64,000 nucleotides of DNA, from assembly GCA_964016885.1 (NCBI GenBank), contig OZ024740.1, positions 338,520,001-338,584,000 of the forward strand. Reading direction: 5' to 3'. Made by a program: the position numbers and the translations under genes. Positions within the stretch are counted from its first letter, which is position 1. Each line of letters opens with the position of its first letter. Source of the stretch: Eledone cirrhosa (lineage: Eukaryota). A model generated the notes under the pieces. That model saw only the letters and a program-made list of their open reading frames with translations. It searched no databases and had not been told where the DNA came from. Shown in pieces: positions 41,820-55,864 of this stretch.

Positions 41820-42240
41820 TACCTATCTTCCGGCCTTTCTGGAGAATCGTAAAAGCACATATCGTTATATGCTTTTTCTATGAAAATTAGTAGTGGGCAG
41901 ACTAATTTGCATAGAGCGTGAGTACGTACCGGTTCAACGGAGACGATAAAAACAAATAACGAAACGAAATTAAATTTCGTTTCGTTTGTAACTCACTTTT
42001 GTATGACTGACGCTTAAACAATTAAGTTAAAAATGTACATCCACATATGTATACTGAAATACTAGTATGCATATGAATACACACGCGTATACATATGTAG
42101 ATGTACCAAGTTTTTCACTGGTCACTTTACTGTGAGTGTCCAGCTATTATGTATGTAAACACACAGACAAACCGGTTTTTAGAGTCATACTGGTTTTTGA
42201 GGAAACACCTTTCCTCTATTCTCCAGAAAGCTAGACAAGG

Positions 42241-42285
42241 AATATTGAACTAGTTTCGTTGTTGTTACAACTCATCAGCAATATT
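42241..42285 (-). ncRNA. Minimal HHR (monomer 2), perfect 7-bp stem I
   Basis: rc: aatattg CTGATGA gttgt(aaca)acaac GAAA ctag TT caatatt. Confidence 0.9.
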
Positions 42286-42700
42286 TACCTATCTTCCGGC
42301 CTTTCTGGAGAATCGTAAAAGCACATATCGTTATATGCTTTTGCTATGAAAATTAGTAGTGGGCAGACTAATTTGCATAGAGCGTGAGTACGTACCGGTT
42401 CAACGGAGACGATAAAAACAAATAACGAAACGAAATTAAATTTCGTTTCGTTTGTAACTCACTTTTGTATGACTGACGCTTAAACAATTAAGTTAAACAA
42501 AAGTGAGTTACAGTCATACAAAAGTGAGTTACAAACGGAACGAAATTTAATTTCGTTTCGTTATTTGTTTTTATCGTCTCCGTTGAACCGGTACGTACTC
42601 ACGCTCTATGCAAATTAGTCAGCCCACTACTAATTTTCATAGAAAAAGCATATAACGATATGTGCTTTTACGATTCTCCAGAAAGGCCGGAAGATAGGTA

Positions 42701-42745
42701 AATATTGCTGATGAGTTGTAACAACAACGAAACTAGTTCAATATT
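42701..42745 (+). ncRNA. Minimal HHR (inverted copy)
   Basis: aatattg CTGATGA gttgtaacaacaac GAAA ctag TT caatatt. Confidence 0.9.
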
Positions 42746-42836
42746 CCTTGTCTGGCTTTCTGGAGAATAGAGGAAAGGTGTTTCCTCAAAAACCAGTATG
42801 ACTCTAAAAACCGGTTTGTCTGTGTGTTTTAACTTA

Positions 42837-42866
<30 letters not shown>

Positions 42867-42868
<2 letters not shown>

Positions 42869-43923
42869 ATAATCTATAAAGCTCAGCGTGTGGTCATGCT
42901 CCTTTCTTATAGAAATCTACGATATAGAATTTCTTCAATTGAAATTTACAATTCAGTATTCGAAATAGCTTCGATTGCGTCTTGGCACAGATAATTTTTT
43001 CAATTTCACCCACAATTACGCAGAAAATAGATAAAACTCAATATTTTACGATTTTTCTCTGTCATTTAAACTGCTAAACACTTTCCACTACCATTCAAAA
43101 TCTATACAACTTCATACTTTCTGCTACTTTCTCTTTCCAAGCTTGATGGTGATACTGTCCGTTTTACTCTCTCATATCATCTGCTTCTTATTACATTTCA
43201 TATGAAACGACAATTATTCAAAAGCAACAGATACATTTATTCAACAACAAGCGATAAATATTTTTTAAAACCTCTTTTCCAAACGCTTACAAACACACAC
43301 TCACTTCAACAACAACAACAACAACAACAATCTGCCTTTTATAGATAATGATAAACAATAATATCCTCTATGAGGTCACTAAACCTGCTAGAAACAGCAG
43401 CTAACTCTCCCCCATACCACACCCTCCCTACTGTCTTAAATTTAGAAAACATATCTTCTATGAGGTCACTAAACCTGCTAGAAACAGCAGCTAACTCTCC
43501 CCCATATCACACCACTCCCTACTGTCTTAAATTTAGAAAACACATATCCTCTATGAGGTCACTAAACCTGCTAGAAACAACAGCTAACTCTCCCTCATAT
43601 CACAACCCTCCCTACTGTCTTAAATTTAGAAAGCACACAGACAACCATGCAGAACAACTTCATCGCAGCTCTGTTGTTCGGCTGGCATCGTCTACGCGCG
43701 TGTTGCGCAAGTACTGTGAAACAATACATTTCAACACTTTTTTGCACAGAGATAATATCCATAGGCGAAACTACAATTGTCACTGCTGGCGCAGCTCCTG
43801 CTTCCAGGTCTGCAATTCATTCACCCAGTGCCTGGCAGACAAAAAAGTGCTGCCATAAAATGGGTGGTGCAACCTAACTTTGATAACTTACTGACCCCGA
43901 GCAACGCCGGGCTTTAATGCTAG
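42867..43923 (+). mobile_element. Non-autonomous Helitron
   Basis: 5' TC after A; 3' hairpin cccgagcaacgccggg, then CTAG before T; three about 88-bp internal repeats at 43362-43634. Confidence 0.75.
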
Positions 43924-44713
43924 TATATATATATATATATATACATTTTTTGTGTGTATACATTTATTTATATATACATGTATACATATGTGAGTGTGCG
44001 TCTATATTTGTTTACATACACATATACATACATAGATGCTTTCAATAAACTTTTACACTTTATTCAACTCTTTATATCCTTCAAAACATTTTTATAATTA
44101 TAAATTTTTCGACTTTCTTGTCATAAAAACATTATTTTATATACCTCAAGCTAATTCTAGTCAATATCAATTTTGTAACTCTTCATATTTATTTGCATTA
44201 CAGTATTATGTACGTTACTCATAAATTTTGCCTTGCAAAACATTTCCAATGCTAGAGGCTTTGTTTTTATTTATTTTCTAACTGTAAAACTAATCCGATC
44301 ATCACACATACGTCATAAACCTCCTACATACATTTACAAATACAATTAAAAATTTAACTATGATTCCGTATTCATATAGCTGAATGTCTTTTTCTTTATA
44401 TCGTGTACTGATTTCACCCTTTCTCCGACTTTTTCTATTTGCCTGTTTTCTTCTCCTCCTCTTCTGGAATAGTCTAACACACATGCACCTGCTCACACAC
44501 ATATATCGTTTCATACATGTTAAATAAAATTGTATAATGGCGGTGTCCCAGCATGGCCTTAGCCTGTCGGCTGGAACATGTAATAGAATAATAGAATATA
44601 TAATAATATACAAGACGTGATCAAAGTAATGTATTTTTATTTATAAAGCAATACAAGTGAAGCAACACATTGTCTTGGTAAAGGCCTTTATAGAAACGAT
44701 AAACACAATGCTG

Positions 44714-44906
44714 TAGACCTGCCAACTTCTAAAAACTGAAACTGGGAGTTCCATGAAAAAAATGCCTCTAAACGGGGAGCAATGAGGCAAAATGGGGAAA
44801 TTTAACTAATGAAAGCTATACCCATTTTCACAAGAGAAGACATCTCTCACCCACTCCAAAGTGGATGGGAGATCTCTCTGTCGGACGGGGAGAGTTGACA
44901 GGTCTG
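44714..44906. mobile_element. MITE with agacctgccaact / agttgacaggtct TIRs
   Basis: Imperfect 13-bp TIR. Confidence 0.55.
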
Positions 44907-44929
44907 ACGTTGGTCCAAATTTAGACAAA

Positions 44930-45560
44930 TTAAGGAAGGTCATCGTTGACAATTTCAGTACCTCTGAGCTTAGCCAATAACTCAATTATAGATGACTTCT
45001 TCGATGTTATATTGAATATCACAATTAACTTATATAAAGCGTTTAATAAACCCTATAAAAAAACTCTCTTATATTAACATAGGATCAATACATTACCCTC
45101 TAGTTAGTGCCGGATTTACCATTGTGCTTGGGGCCCCATCTTCCTGTCAAGAAATGTATTTATACCGGGCCTACCTCCTTCAGGATCCCATGACTTAACT
45201 AGCACAAGGCCTCATTAGTCCTAAATCCGGCACTGACTCTAATAATTGTTTCTACTATTGGCACAAGGCCAGCAATTACCCAGTACATTACTGGTACTTT
45301 ATTTTATCGACCCCGTAAGGATGAAAGGCAAAGTTAACCTCGGCGGTATTTGAACTCAGAAATGGCAAGGGTCGTAACTCTATGCGTAAAAGCATGGCGT
45401 CCGACCCTCTACCGATACTGCCAATTCAGGCACTGACTCGTATAATGTTTAAGAACTTCATCAATAAGATTAAACAACAGGACTTTCAATCTAGCCTCTA
45501 GTAAGGAAATATTTGATAAGGTAAAGTCCCTCTAACAATATATTACTGGCAAACGAATTC
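44930..45560 (+). pseudogene. Decayed PLE RT-thumb fragment interrupted by a MITE (45105-45236) and a SINE A (45243-45425, -)
   Basis: DFFDVILNIT..YKAFNKP...; MITE TIR agtgccggattta/taaatccggcact; SINE TSD ggcactgactc. Confidence 0.6.
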
Positions 45561-47601
45561 AAACAGAAAATTACCTATTCACCGTAACCCCACCAAACAC
45601 ATACACACACACATATATATATATATACACATACACAAACACACTCACCCACATACACAAACACACACATACACACACATACACACAACAATTAGGTACC
45701 ATAATATATGCTTCACACTCATTTGAAATTGTATCTATTTGTATACATATGTAAATGTACACGAATACGTTTATACAGTTTATTTATACTAAAATTAATA
45801 ATTCATACTCCACTTATTCATACAAATATTACCATATATTGGCTCTAGTCTTAACTACAATTTCTTCACGTGGTGTCCCTTCTTCTACTTCTTCTTAGCA
45901 CTTTGGGAATTTAGATTCAGAATATTCCATCTCCTAAATGGACATTCCTAGTAGGCCCATTACTCTCCCAGTGGTCTTTTTGTGGGCTCAATAATGTTAG
46001 ATAGTTACAGATCAAGTACTGAGTTCATTCGATCTGTTAATAGGTTTTGTATTTATTTTGCTTAGTTTCTAGCAAACCTGCTAACTAGCTTAGCCTAATG
46101 ATGATGCTGGGTTAGTCCCCATTGAGCTGACCATGCATATATATATGCATGCAATTTCACCAACCAAAATCAAAGTTATGTATATCCACTGCTGGATAGC
46201 AAATAAAATATAAACGAAAGTACAAGTGTGTATTTTCGTTTATAATTTATTTTAATATGGCGTCCCTAGCATGGAATTTGGTAAAGGACATCATCAACAG
46301 AGTGTTGTTGATGTTCTTCACCAAATTCTATGCTACATCTTTCATATACTTCTTGAACCAACGCAATAGCCCAGTACCTGAGTTTCAAGAAGAAATTTGA
46401 TGAAAGCACGTTCTTCGAATTTGTCAGTTATCGTAGAATGTGCAAAATTGTTCTAACACATTACAACATTGTGTACATGTGGACGGATAGCTTGAAATTT
46501 CTTCGCAGACTGTCAGCTGCACATTTATTTCTGTTGAACAATAAAATCATACTTTTAAGCTCCTACATTTGTTGGTTAATTAGATATTGTTATGAGTTAA
46601 CATGTTGTACATAAAATATGACATTCTGTCTGTTTTGACAGTGAGCAGCCTGCTCTTTAAATTATCGTTCAAGTAGCTGCGCATTCCACAGACATGTGTA
46701 TCGATAACGCAGTTCTCAGGAAGATGAAGCATGAAACAGAAAGTGACAAAACTGATCCTTCGAATTACAGGTATAACTCATTTTTGCCAGCTGAATGGAC
46801 TGGAGCAACGAGAAATATAGTTTCTTGCCCAAGGAAGCAACTCGTCGCCGGGAATCGAACTCACGATCTTGCAATCATGAGATCAAACCTTAAGCATTAA
46901 GACATAAATACATGCATACATAAATACATGGTGGCTGCCAACTCGTTTTCGAGTACGGCCACTACTTTATATCCATGTAGGAGAACCCCTACCGATGCGC
47001 TGAACGAGTGTCACTTTTTAGTCCAGCCAGCAACTTGAAAACTCTGGTACAAACGCTACACTTGTGACAATTATTGACACATAGTGCTGGGCCCATGGTA
47101 CCATGTGACGACAAGTTCAGAGAGATCTCCAGATATAAAGTAACGCCTGTGCCATGAAGCTTTTATAGTGAGCAAAGGCACTGCACAAAGCCAGACCCAC
47201 TCTCTTAACCAAGATGATATTTACCAAAAAGAAGAACAAGTCAACATCATTGGATACCATCAGAGTTGCAGGTGTTATATCAGAGTTGTCCTTCTCCTAG
47301 AATTCTACCTTGACAAAGGCTAAGGGGTAATCTCTCCCGGTGATTTTGGATGGCCATTGACTCTTAAGAGCACCTTTGCTCTTTGACAGGTTTTGTTTTT
47401 AGTCCTGCAGGATGTTCAAAGTCACCCTTCTCACCAAGAAACCTTGGTGGGGTGGCCAGTTTAGTCGCTAACGATAAATACATAAATACATACATACATA
47501 AATACATACATACATATATGTGTACATATATACATGCATACATACATATATACATGCATGCATACATACTTACACAGACACACACGCACAACACATATAT
47601 G

Positions 47602-47689
<88 letters not shown>

Positions 47690-48249
47690 ACATATACAAT
47701 TATATATACATACATCGTTGCCACTGATAACCTTCGTGTCACTGTTTAGGTGTGAACATAGTTGTGTGCATTCAGGCCAATGCATGGTGAGGCTGCCTCT
47801 CCTGGAACACATGGCCACATATGTGCAGAATGTTGAGGTCTGCCTTTGTGTGATGTTAACCTTTTTGTTCACAGTGAGAAATTGCTTGAATCGTGCACTG
47901 ACTCTATCAACTGTGGTTCAAAATTTTCCACGAGAGCAAGCTATGGTAGATGGTCAGAATATTGAACGAGGAAGTCACCAAGCGAGCGAATGGCACCAGC
48001 CTCGAAACGTTGATCACAAAGGCTCAGTTGCGATGTGTTGATCTCTTAGTATGTATACCAGACATTTGTATGTATGTATGGTCCTGTAATTCCTGACAGA
48101 GTCATAGGAGCGCCATATTGAAATACGGAGTTTCTTGGACATTTTAAGTCGAGCGGAGCCCATCTCTCTTCAGGCCTGAGTACAGCAGATTTCTTCCAGA
48201 GAAAGATAGAAAGTGAGAGAGAGGAAGGGAGAAAGAGATGTAAAGGAAG

Positions 48250-48410
48250 AATCGACCCCAGTACAATAGTAATACTTTTTTTATCGACCTCGAAAGGATG
48301 AAAAGCAAAGTGGACCTCGGAGGGATTTGAACTCAGAGAGCAGACAGCTGGAACGAATAACATAAATCATTCTATCCGACGTTCTAACGACACTGCCTAT
48401 TCGCTGCCTA
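48250..48410 (-). mobile_element. SINE family A-related
   Basis: aaaggatgaaaagcaaagtggacctcggagggatttgaactcaga. Confidence 0.7.
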
Positions 48411-49163
48411 CCAGACATTTACATTCCCAAATATTTTACTCTGAGGTGGAGTCGAGAACTTGATGTTAGCGTAGTCGGAAAAAACATACCGTGATCAACT
48501 GAAACTATTGCTCAAACTATATAGCATTACCCACGCCCAATAGGAAGAGGCTTAGAGACGCTCTTTAAGCAATATGCATACATTCATACATTCATGTTCG
48601 TGTAAAATATGGGATGTCTTTCTGTCACACCCTATACATAAATGTGTGTGTATGTGTGTGTGTGTGTGTGTGTGTGTATTCATGTCTGTGTCTATGTTTA
48701 TAGGTTTAGAGTTTATGCCCCTTAACATAGAGGTTCGACAAACAGAGACCAACAACATAAGTATTAGACATGAAAAGAAAATAAGCACTGGCGTCAATAT
48801 GATTGACTAAATTTTACTTCAATGTGATGCCCCAGCATATGCGCAATCTGATAGGTGACACTAGTGAAAGAATAAAGAATACATTTATATAGTGAGAATG
48901 AGTTGGCTTATACGTGTGTGTGTGGAGAGGTGTGGTTAAGTGAATATATGTTTGTGTCAGTGTACGTGTATTTGTCTGTCTTTTTATATATAAATCGATG
49001 CTTTCATTGATATGAAAACAACTATATAGTCTGAGAGACATTTGATAAGTGTGTGTAGAACCAGTTAACAACGTAATGTTGCAATTATCTCTGGTTTCAT
49101 GAAATATGAAATTGGAGTGATGGAAGCGATACACTACATGACATTATACAATTTCACACACAC

Positions 49164-50226
<1,063 letters not shown>

Positions 50227-50229
<3 letters not shown>

Positions 50230-52180
50230 ATACTTGGGGAGGGTCATATTTGCGTAATATTGCCAGAATTAATAACAGAACACACTCACTGTTTGGTTGG
50301 TTTTCGCTTCTCGCTGTCTTTTATTATATCTGCGATCTAACTTATTCGGTCCTCAATGTTGCCATTGACTGACCGGCGGTCAAAAATAATACAGATACAA
50401 TATAGACACAAACACATATATATATATATAGTTTACATAATTTACATAAATCTTTCGTTGCACATCTGCAACATCGTCAGTGGTGTTATATTCATTGTTC
50501 CTCCTGTTGTGTTGTATGTCTACGCCATTTTTTATTCAGTCTGTCTATATATTTATTTATTTATTTGCTTGTTTGTTAATCTTATTTTATTTTGTCTTCT
50601 TTGCGCATGCGTTTGCGTGTGTGTATAGTGTTATGTGTGATGTGTGACTAGTGTGTATAGTGTTGTGTCTGCTGGGTGACTAGTGTGTGTTTATGTGCTT
50701 GTTGTTATTGTGCTTGTGTATGTATTTATTTATCTTATTTTATTTAATTTTATTTACTTATTTATACTTCTCTTAGGTCAGTGTTGTTTGTTTGGGTGTT
50801 GTTGTTGTTCCACTCATTCTTTCTGTTTAGCTTTGGTCTTCTAATTTCTATTTCACTGGCCTCTCTGATTTGCCTATCTGCTGGGTCATTCCTATGTTTA
50901 GATATTATTCTAATTTCTATGTTGTCTATGTTACCGTCATGTTGTTGTCTAGCATGTTCGTATAGTACTGACCCGTTTTTTCGTCCTTTTAGTTCCCCCC
51001 AGTGTTGGTCTATCCTTTCACCTATGCTACGAGCTGTCTCACCTATGTATGTTTTTGTCATGTTTCTGCAAGTACCCTCTGTACATCTTATGCTATAGAC
51101 TACGTTTCTAGTTTTACAGTTTATCCGGGGGTTCACCTTACATATGATACACTTCCTATTGGTACAGTGGGTTTTCTTAAAAGGGTAGGTTTTGCTGATC
51201 AGGGATTTTATGGTGGTTCCTGGCTTTTCTACCACCTTTATTTTTAAGTGGGTCTTTCTCAGGGCCTTTCTACACTGGTTAGCTAATTTCCCTCCAGGGG
51301 TGGCGTCCACAAACATGACACTCTGATATCTCTGGTTGTCGTACCATGATGTGGCCTTCCCTATCTTATGTCTAGCCCTATCTAAGCTATTCCATGATTT
51401 GCTCCTGTATAGTGGGCAGATTCCTTTCATGTCCAGTTCTATGAGGGTCTTATACTTTTCCATGGCTCCTTCGTATACTCTGACTCTGTCTCTTTGGTTG
51501 TAGCCAGAGAACTGCATGCGGTTGATGAAGTGTTGGATGTGTCCTTCCATTTCTGTTGGGTCGCACATGCTGGACACATTCTTCATCACTCGTACCAAAT
51601 CTGCGATCAGAATATTAAACTTAGCACTACTGGACATTACTGAGTTTTTGAGTATCAGGTATTTGGAGGCCATGGGTTTAGCATAGTGTGAGTGGAGAAT
51701 TTGGGCTCTCTCGTCTATAGTGTTAATCCAGAGTTCTGTGACTAATACAGGTAGTCTATTGTTAGGGTGTTTGGAAGGGAAGTCTATAGTTACAGTTATA
51801 CTCTGGTGTATGGAATTAGCTATCTGCTGGATGCTTTCCATCGTGCTACGTTCTAAATCAAACTTGTTAGTGCTCTCTAGTGGGGGTGTTCTTATAACTA
51901 TATTGATATCATCTACATAACGAGAGTACATGATGAGGTCTATGGAGCTTTCATTAAGGAGATCTTTAAGTCTCCTTTCCCACCATACCATGAAAAGGTT
52001 AGCAACATCACCAGCTATGCTGACGCCGATGGCTGCTCCCTCATTTTGGGTGTAGATTTTCTCATTGAACTTAAATATGTGGCCCTTTAGGGTAGTTTTG
52101 ATACTAGCCCCTATTGCATGTGCGACCATTTTTCTTACCTGATCAGTGTTTTGGGGGGTCCGTATGGCTTTGGTCCACCC
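50227..52180 (-). mobile_element. 5'-truncated Penelope-like retroelement inserted in (TA)n
   Basis: RT-EN ORF, then about 535-bp 3' region with HHR core at about 50443-50485 (CTGACGA t gttgca/tgcaac GAAA); (TA)n on both sides. Confidence 0.92.
50762..52129 (-). CDS. PLE RT (motifs 4-7, thumb), Cys-rich linker and C-terminal GIY-YIG endonuclease; N-terminally truncated
   Basis: QNEGAAIG, RYVDD, LPVL, C-x4-CxxC-x7-C, NVVYSIRC...YIGETARSIGERIDQH...H...H...E...LN; the frame stays open upstream to about 52180. Confidence 0.92.
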   Translation of the reverse strand: MVAHAIGASIKTTLKGHIFKFNEKIYTQNEGAAIGVSIAGDVANLFMVWWERRLKDLLNESSIDLIMYSRYVDDINIVIRTPPLESTNKFDLERSTMESIQQIANSIHQSITVTIDFPSKHPNNRLPVLVTELWINTIDERAQILHSHYAKPMASKYLILKNSVMSSSAKFNILIADLVRVMKNVSSMCDPTEMEGHIQHFINRMQFSGYNQRDRVRVYEGAMEKYKTLIELDMKGICPLYRSKSWNSLDRARHKIGKATSWYDNQRYQSVMFVDATPGGKLANQCRKALRKTHLKIKVVEKPGTTIKSLISKTYPFKKTHCTNRKCIICKVNPRINCKTRNVVYSIRCTEGTCRNMTKTYIGETARSIGERIDQHWGELKGRKNGSVLYEHARQQHDGNIDNIEIRIISKHRNDPADRQIREASEIEIRRPKLNRKNEWNNNNTQTNNTDLREV

Positions 52181-52185
52181 AATAA

Positions 52186-52271
<86 letters not shown>

Positions 52272-52279
52272 TTATACAT

Positions 52280-53824
52280 ATTTATTAAAATAACAGATTA
52301 ATTTTAAGCAAAGAATCGCTGCTTTCGCCCTTAACGAGATCTTCTGAAACTACAAAAATCAATCTGTAAATGCAGAAGTAAATATTTCAAAACACTTTGC
52401 AACCGACGGAAGACAGGAAAGAGGATACTTTGGTTCGTGGAGACGTTCTCTGGCAAAGAACGGGAAAAAAACGAAGATAATACGTCATTATATGGGGCGT
52501 GAGAATAATTACACGCAAAGACAAAATATCATCTACTATATAAATTGAAAGTGGTCGGACGTTGTATATGTAGGTGTAGTCGGATAAACGTCGAAACGGC
52601 TTGGTGGAATGTAGCGAAAACTTCCACAGTTATGCAGAATGACCCGAGGAGGCGTTGGGTCGACTTTCAAGCTACAAGCTTCCATGGTTACGGAGAAAAT
52701 CGATGAAACAGGAATTTCCCATTCAAATTGAACTGAGAGTAATCTGTGAACGCAGAAGCAAATATTTCGAAAAACGTTGCAACCGAAGGAAAACAGGAAG
52801 ACGATATTTTGGTTCGTGAAGACGTTCCCTGGCAATAAACGGAAAAAAAGCGAGGATAATGCGTCGTTATGTGGAAGTAAAGAACAATTTCATGCAAAGA
52901 CAAGACCAAGTTTATGGTATAAATGGAGTCGTTAGACTAATATATTTAAAATAACAGAATGATTTCCAACCCTGGAGTTTAAGAATGATGTAAATTAAAT
53001 TGAAAACGAAAATGACAGAGGTTATTAAAAGTAAAAGTAAATAGTGAAGATTTAAGCCAATACATACGTATGCCCCGACGGACATACACATACATATGCA
53101 CACACAACTACCTCCCACACACACACACGCACGTACGCACGTACGCACGCGCGCGCGTATGTATAAACCTTATGCATTTCTACAGTATTTCCAAACTTAA
53201 GACATAGGTTACTTATGTACTCCGGATGGTCATGGGCACTTTCATTTTTCCAGACATTGATTATAGCGCCTCCTGGCAGATAATCCCCTTTACCCACTTC
53301 CTTGTAGTCGACTTAAGCACTGCAGTGCAATGCAACAAAACGTCATAACTTCTGGAGTTCGCAACCGATTTTCACAAAACTTGACACATGGGCTACGTTT
53401 GTCCTCCAGATGAATGTGAACTCTCATAATTGGCACATATTGAGTAGGGGACTCCTGGGGGCAGGAACCCTCTTTTGGAAAAAGCCGATGATTTTGTAAA
53501 AGTATGGTTTTCGAAGCAGCACTGAAGTATTGACATAAATGGTATACACAACTGCTATTTAATACCCGAGCAACGACTGGTACCTCTGCTAGTATTATAT
53601 ATACTGGTACATGTGTATATGGTTATGTGTCTACGTGAGTTTGGCGTTTGTGTGTGTATGCGGGTTTGCACGTATATAGGGTGTGTGTACTTTGTATTTT
53701 GGTTGACGTACGTTTAGCAAACATATGTGTTTTTACATGTAGGTATGTGTGCGCGCGCGTTATATACGTATTTATGTGTGTATATTTATATACGGTTATA
53801 TAATTATATGTATACGAGCGCACG

Positions 53825-53870
<46 letters not shown>

Positions 53871-54560
53871 ATATATGTTTTATGTGTATTTGGTGTATAC
53901 GTTCGTATGTGTGCGGGTACAGGCGTTGCGTGCGTTTTTGTATGTGTGCGCGTGTTTTTTTGTGTACGTGTCTGTATTTGCATACCTATGGCGGGTGTTT
54001 TCGCGTATGCATGTGTATGTACGTATATGGATGCGTGCATGTATATATTTAATTATTGTTGATTTCAATAACCTCTGTAATTTATTTACATTATTCTTAA
54101 CTCTGAAGCCGAGAATCATTCGGTTTCCTAAATAGTATTTTAGTCTACGACTTCAGTTATACCATAAACGTAGTTTTGTCTTTGCGCGTAATTGTTCTCA
54201 TCGCTCCACATAATGACGTATTATCGTCGTTTTTTTCGTTCATTGCCAGGGAACGTCTTCACGAACCACCTAATTAGTCTACGACTTCATTTATACCATA
54301 AACGTGGTTTTGTCTTTTCGTGTAATTGTTTTCACCGCTCCAAATAATGACGTATTATCTTCGTTTTTTTCCCGTTCTTTGCCAGGGAACGTATCTACGA
54401 ACCAAAGTATCGTCTTCCTGTCTTCCTTCGGTTGCAACGTTTTTTAAAATATTTACTTCTGCGTTTACAGATTGATTTTTTTAGTTTCAGAAGATCCCGT
54501 TAAGGGTGAAAGCAACGAATCTTTGCTTAAAATTTAATCTGTTATTTTAATAAATATTTG
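52280..54560. repeat. Repeat family in diverged direct (52280-52530, 52735-52980) and inverted (54120-54560) copies; end fragment also at 63938-64000
   Basis: tttattaaaataacagattaaattttaagc...gttcgtggagacgttc versus its reverse complement at 54300-54556. Confidence 0.7.
53330..53592 (+). mobile_element. Helitron-like 3' portion
   Basis: acccgagcaacgactggt...gCTAGt resembles the 43896-43923 end. Confidence 0.55.
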
Positions 54561-54642
54561 CTCTACGGTTCTTATATATTTGATATATATTTATCCTTAT
54601 CGAGCCCTCTTTGGATTTTAGTCTTCAAATTTATTATTATTA

Positions 54643-54716
<74 letters not shown>

Positions 54717-54832
54717 GCACTTCCCCAAAATGGGCAAAAGACATAATGATTCCTCTAAAAAAAACCTTGACTCAGTTTCTTCCTTTTCTTACTCTCGTCT
54801 ATCATTTTATATTTTATTTTTTCTCTCATTCT

Positions 54833-54880
54833 ATCTTCTGATGATGAACTAACGTCCGAAACATTAAAACTCTTTTCCTA
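54833..54880 (+). ncRNA. Degenerate minimal HHR
   Basis: CTGATGA t gaac(taac)gtcc GAAA cat TA; related decayed copy at about 16675-16715(-). Confidence 0.4.
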
Positions 54881-55864
54881 CTATGTCAAGCGTTTAACTA
54901 ATATATATTTTCATTGTAATGTATCATTTCCCTGTTTTTATTCGTTTACTTTTCTAAATATTACATGTGCAATGTACAGTAGCAAAGAGTGTGAGTTCAA
55001 TCCTTGATTGCAAAGCCATATACATAAGCATATTGTTCTATAAACACACCCAACCAGTCCTATAAATATGCTGTCTCTCTTGTTCGCTCTAGGTCTTGTA
55101 AATGAACGACAGGTTAAGAGTCATTTCAGAGAATATGGACAAATGACAGTCAAGAGAACTATATTCGATATTACTGAAAGGAATGAGATGTGCATCAGCA
55201 CACGTGAAGGTCAAACCCACACCTTTTGTTCACCAGACAACGTAGGAATGTGCACTCAGCTGGAATGATTTGTGTCATATGGTGTATTCTATTATCAGTT
55301 TTATCCTAAGATCAGTCTATGATCGCTTGCCTTCGTGAAGTCGGACAAATCATATTACCCAGAAAACCGATACAGTTAGAGGCCTATTCAAGTGTTTAAG
55401 AAGATTGTATATGTGGTAGATACGGCAAAGTAAAGACTATTGCACAAGAATGTCCAACAATATTCTACACGGAAGGAGGCAGCAAATCATGGCCAGGACT
55501 GCTTTGTCAGACGAGGCATGGCAGGGGGTTTTCTGGCTGGAGTGGGTGATTAGGAGAGCACAGCAGACCTAGAATCGACAAAACAACCAGAAATCATCCA
55601 TCAGGAAGAGTGGTTTTAAGCCGGACATCCTACGCCATTCCAGTTCAACAAAGCAGCTGATTTTGATTGAACTCACCATGCCATTTGAAAGTTGAATATA
55701 AGAAGCATTTCAAAACCGAAATATACGCCAGTTTGATCAACAGCCAATTGTCGTGTCAAAGTTCTCGCTATAAAAGTTGGAACAGAAGTTTTGTGAGCAA
55801 ATCTGACTAGAATGTCATGAGACAACACCCAGTCTCTTGGAAGATTAGGACCATACATATACAT

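Larger units (their letters stand above)
41481..42840 (-). mobile_element. Tandem retrozyme-like array: two 466-nt monomers, a partial copy and an inverted copy
   Basis: Unit starts at 41481, 41947 and 42413; inverted copy at about 42497-42830. Confidence 0.9.

Noticed and set aside
43362-43634. CRISPR-like repeats
   Set aside because: Plain tandem units without unique spacers; eukaryotic context and no cas genes
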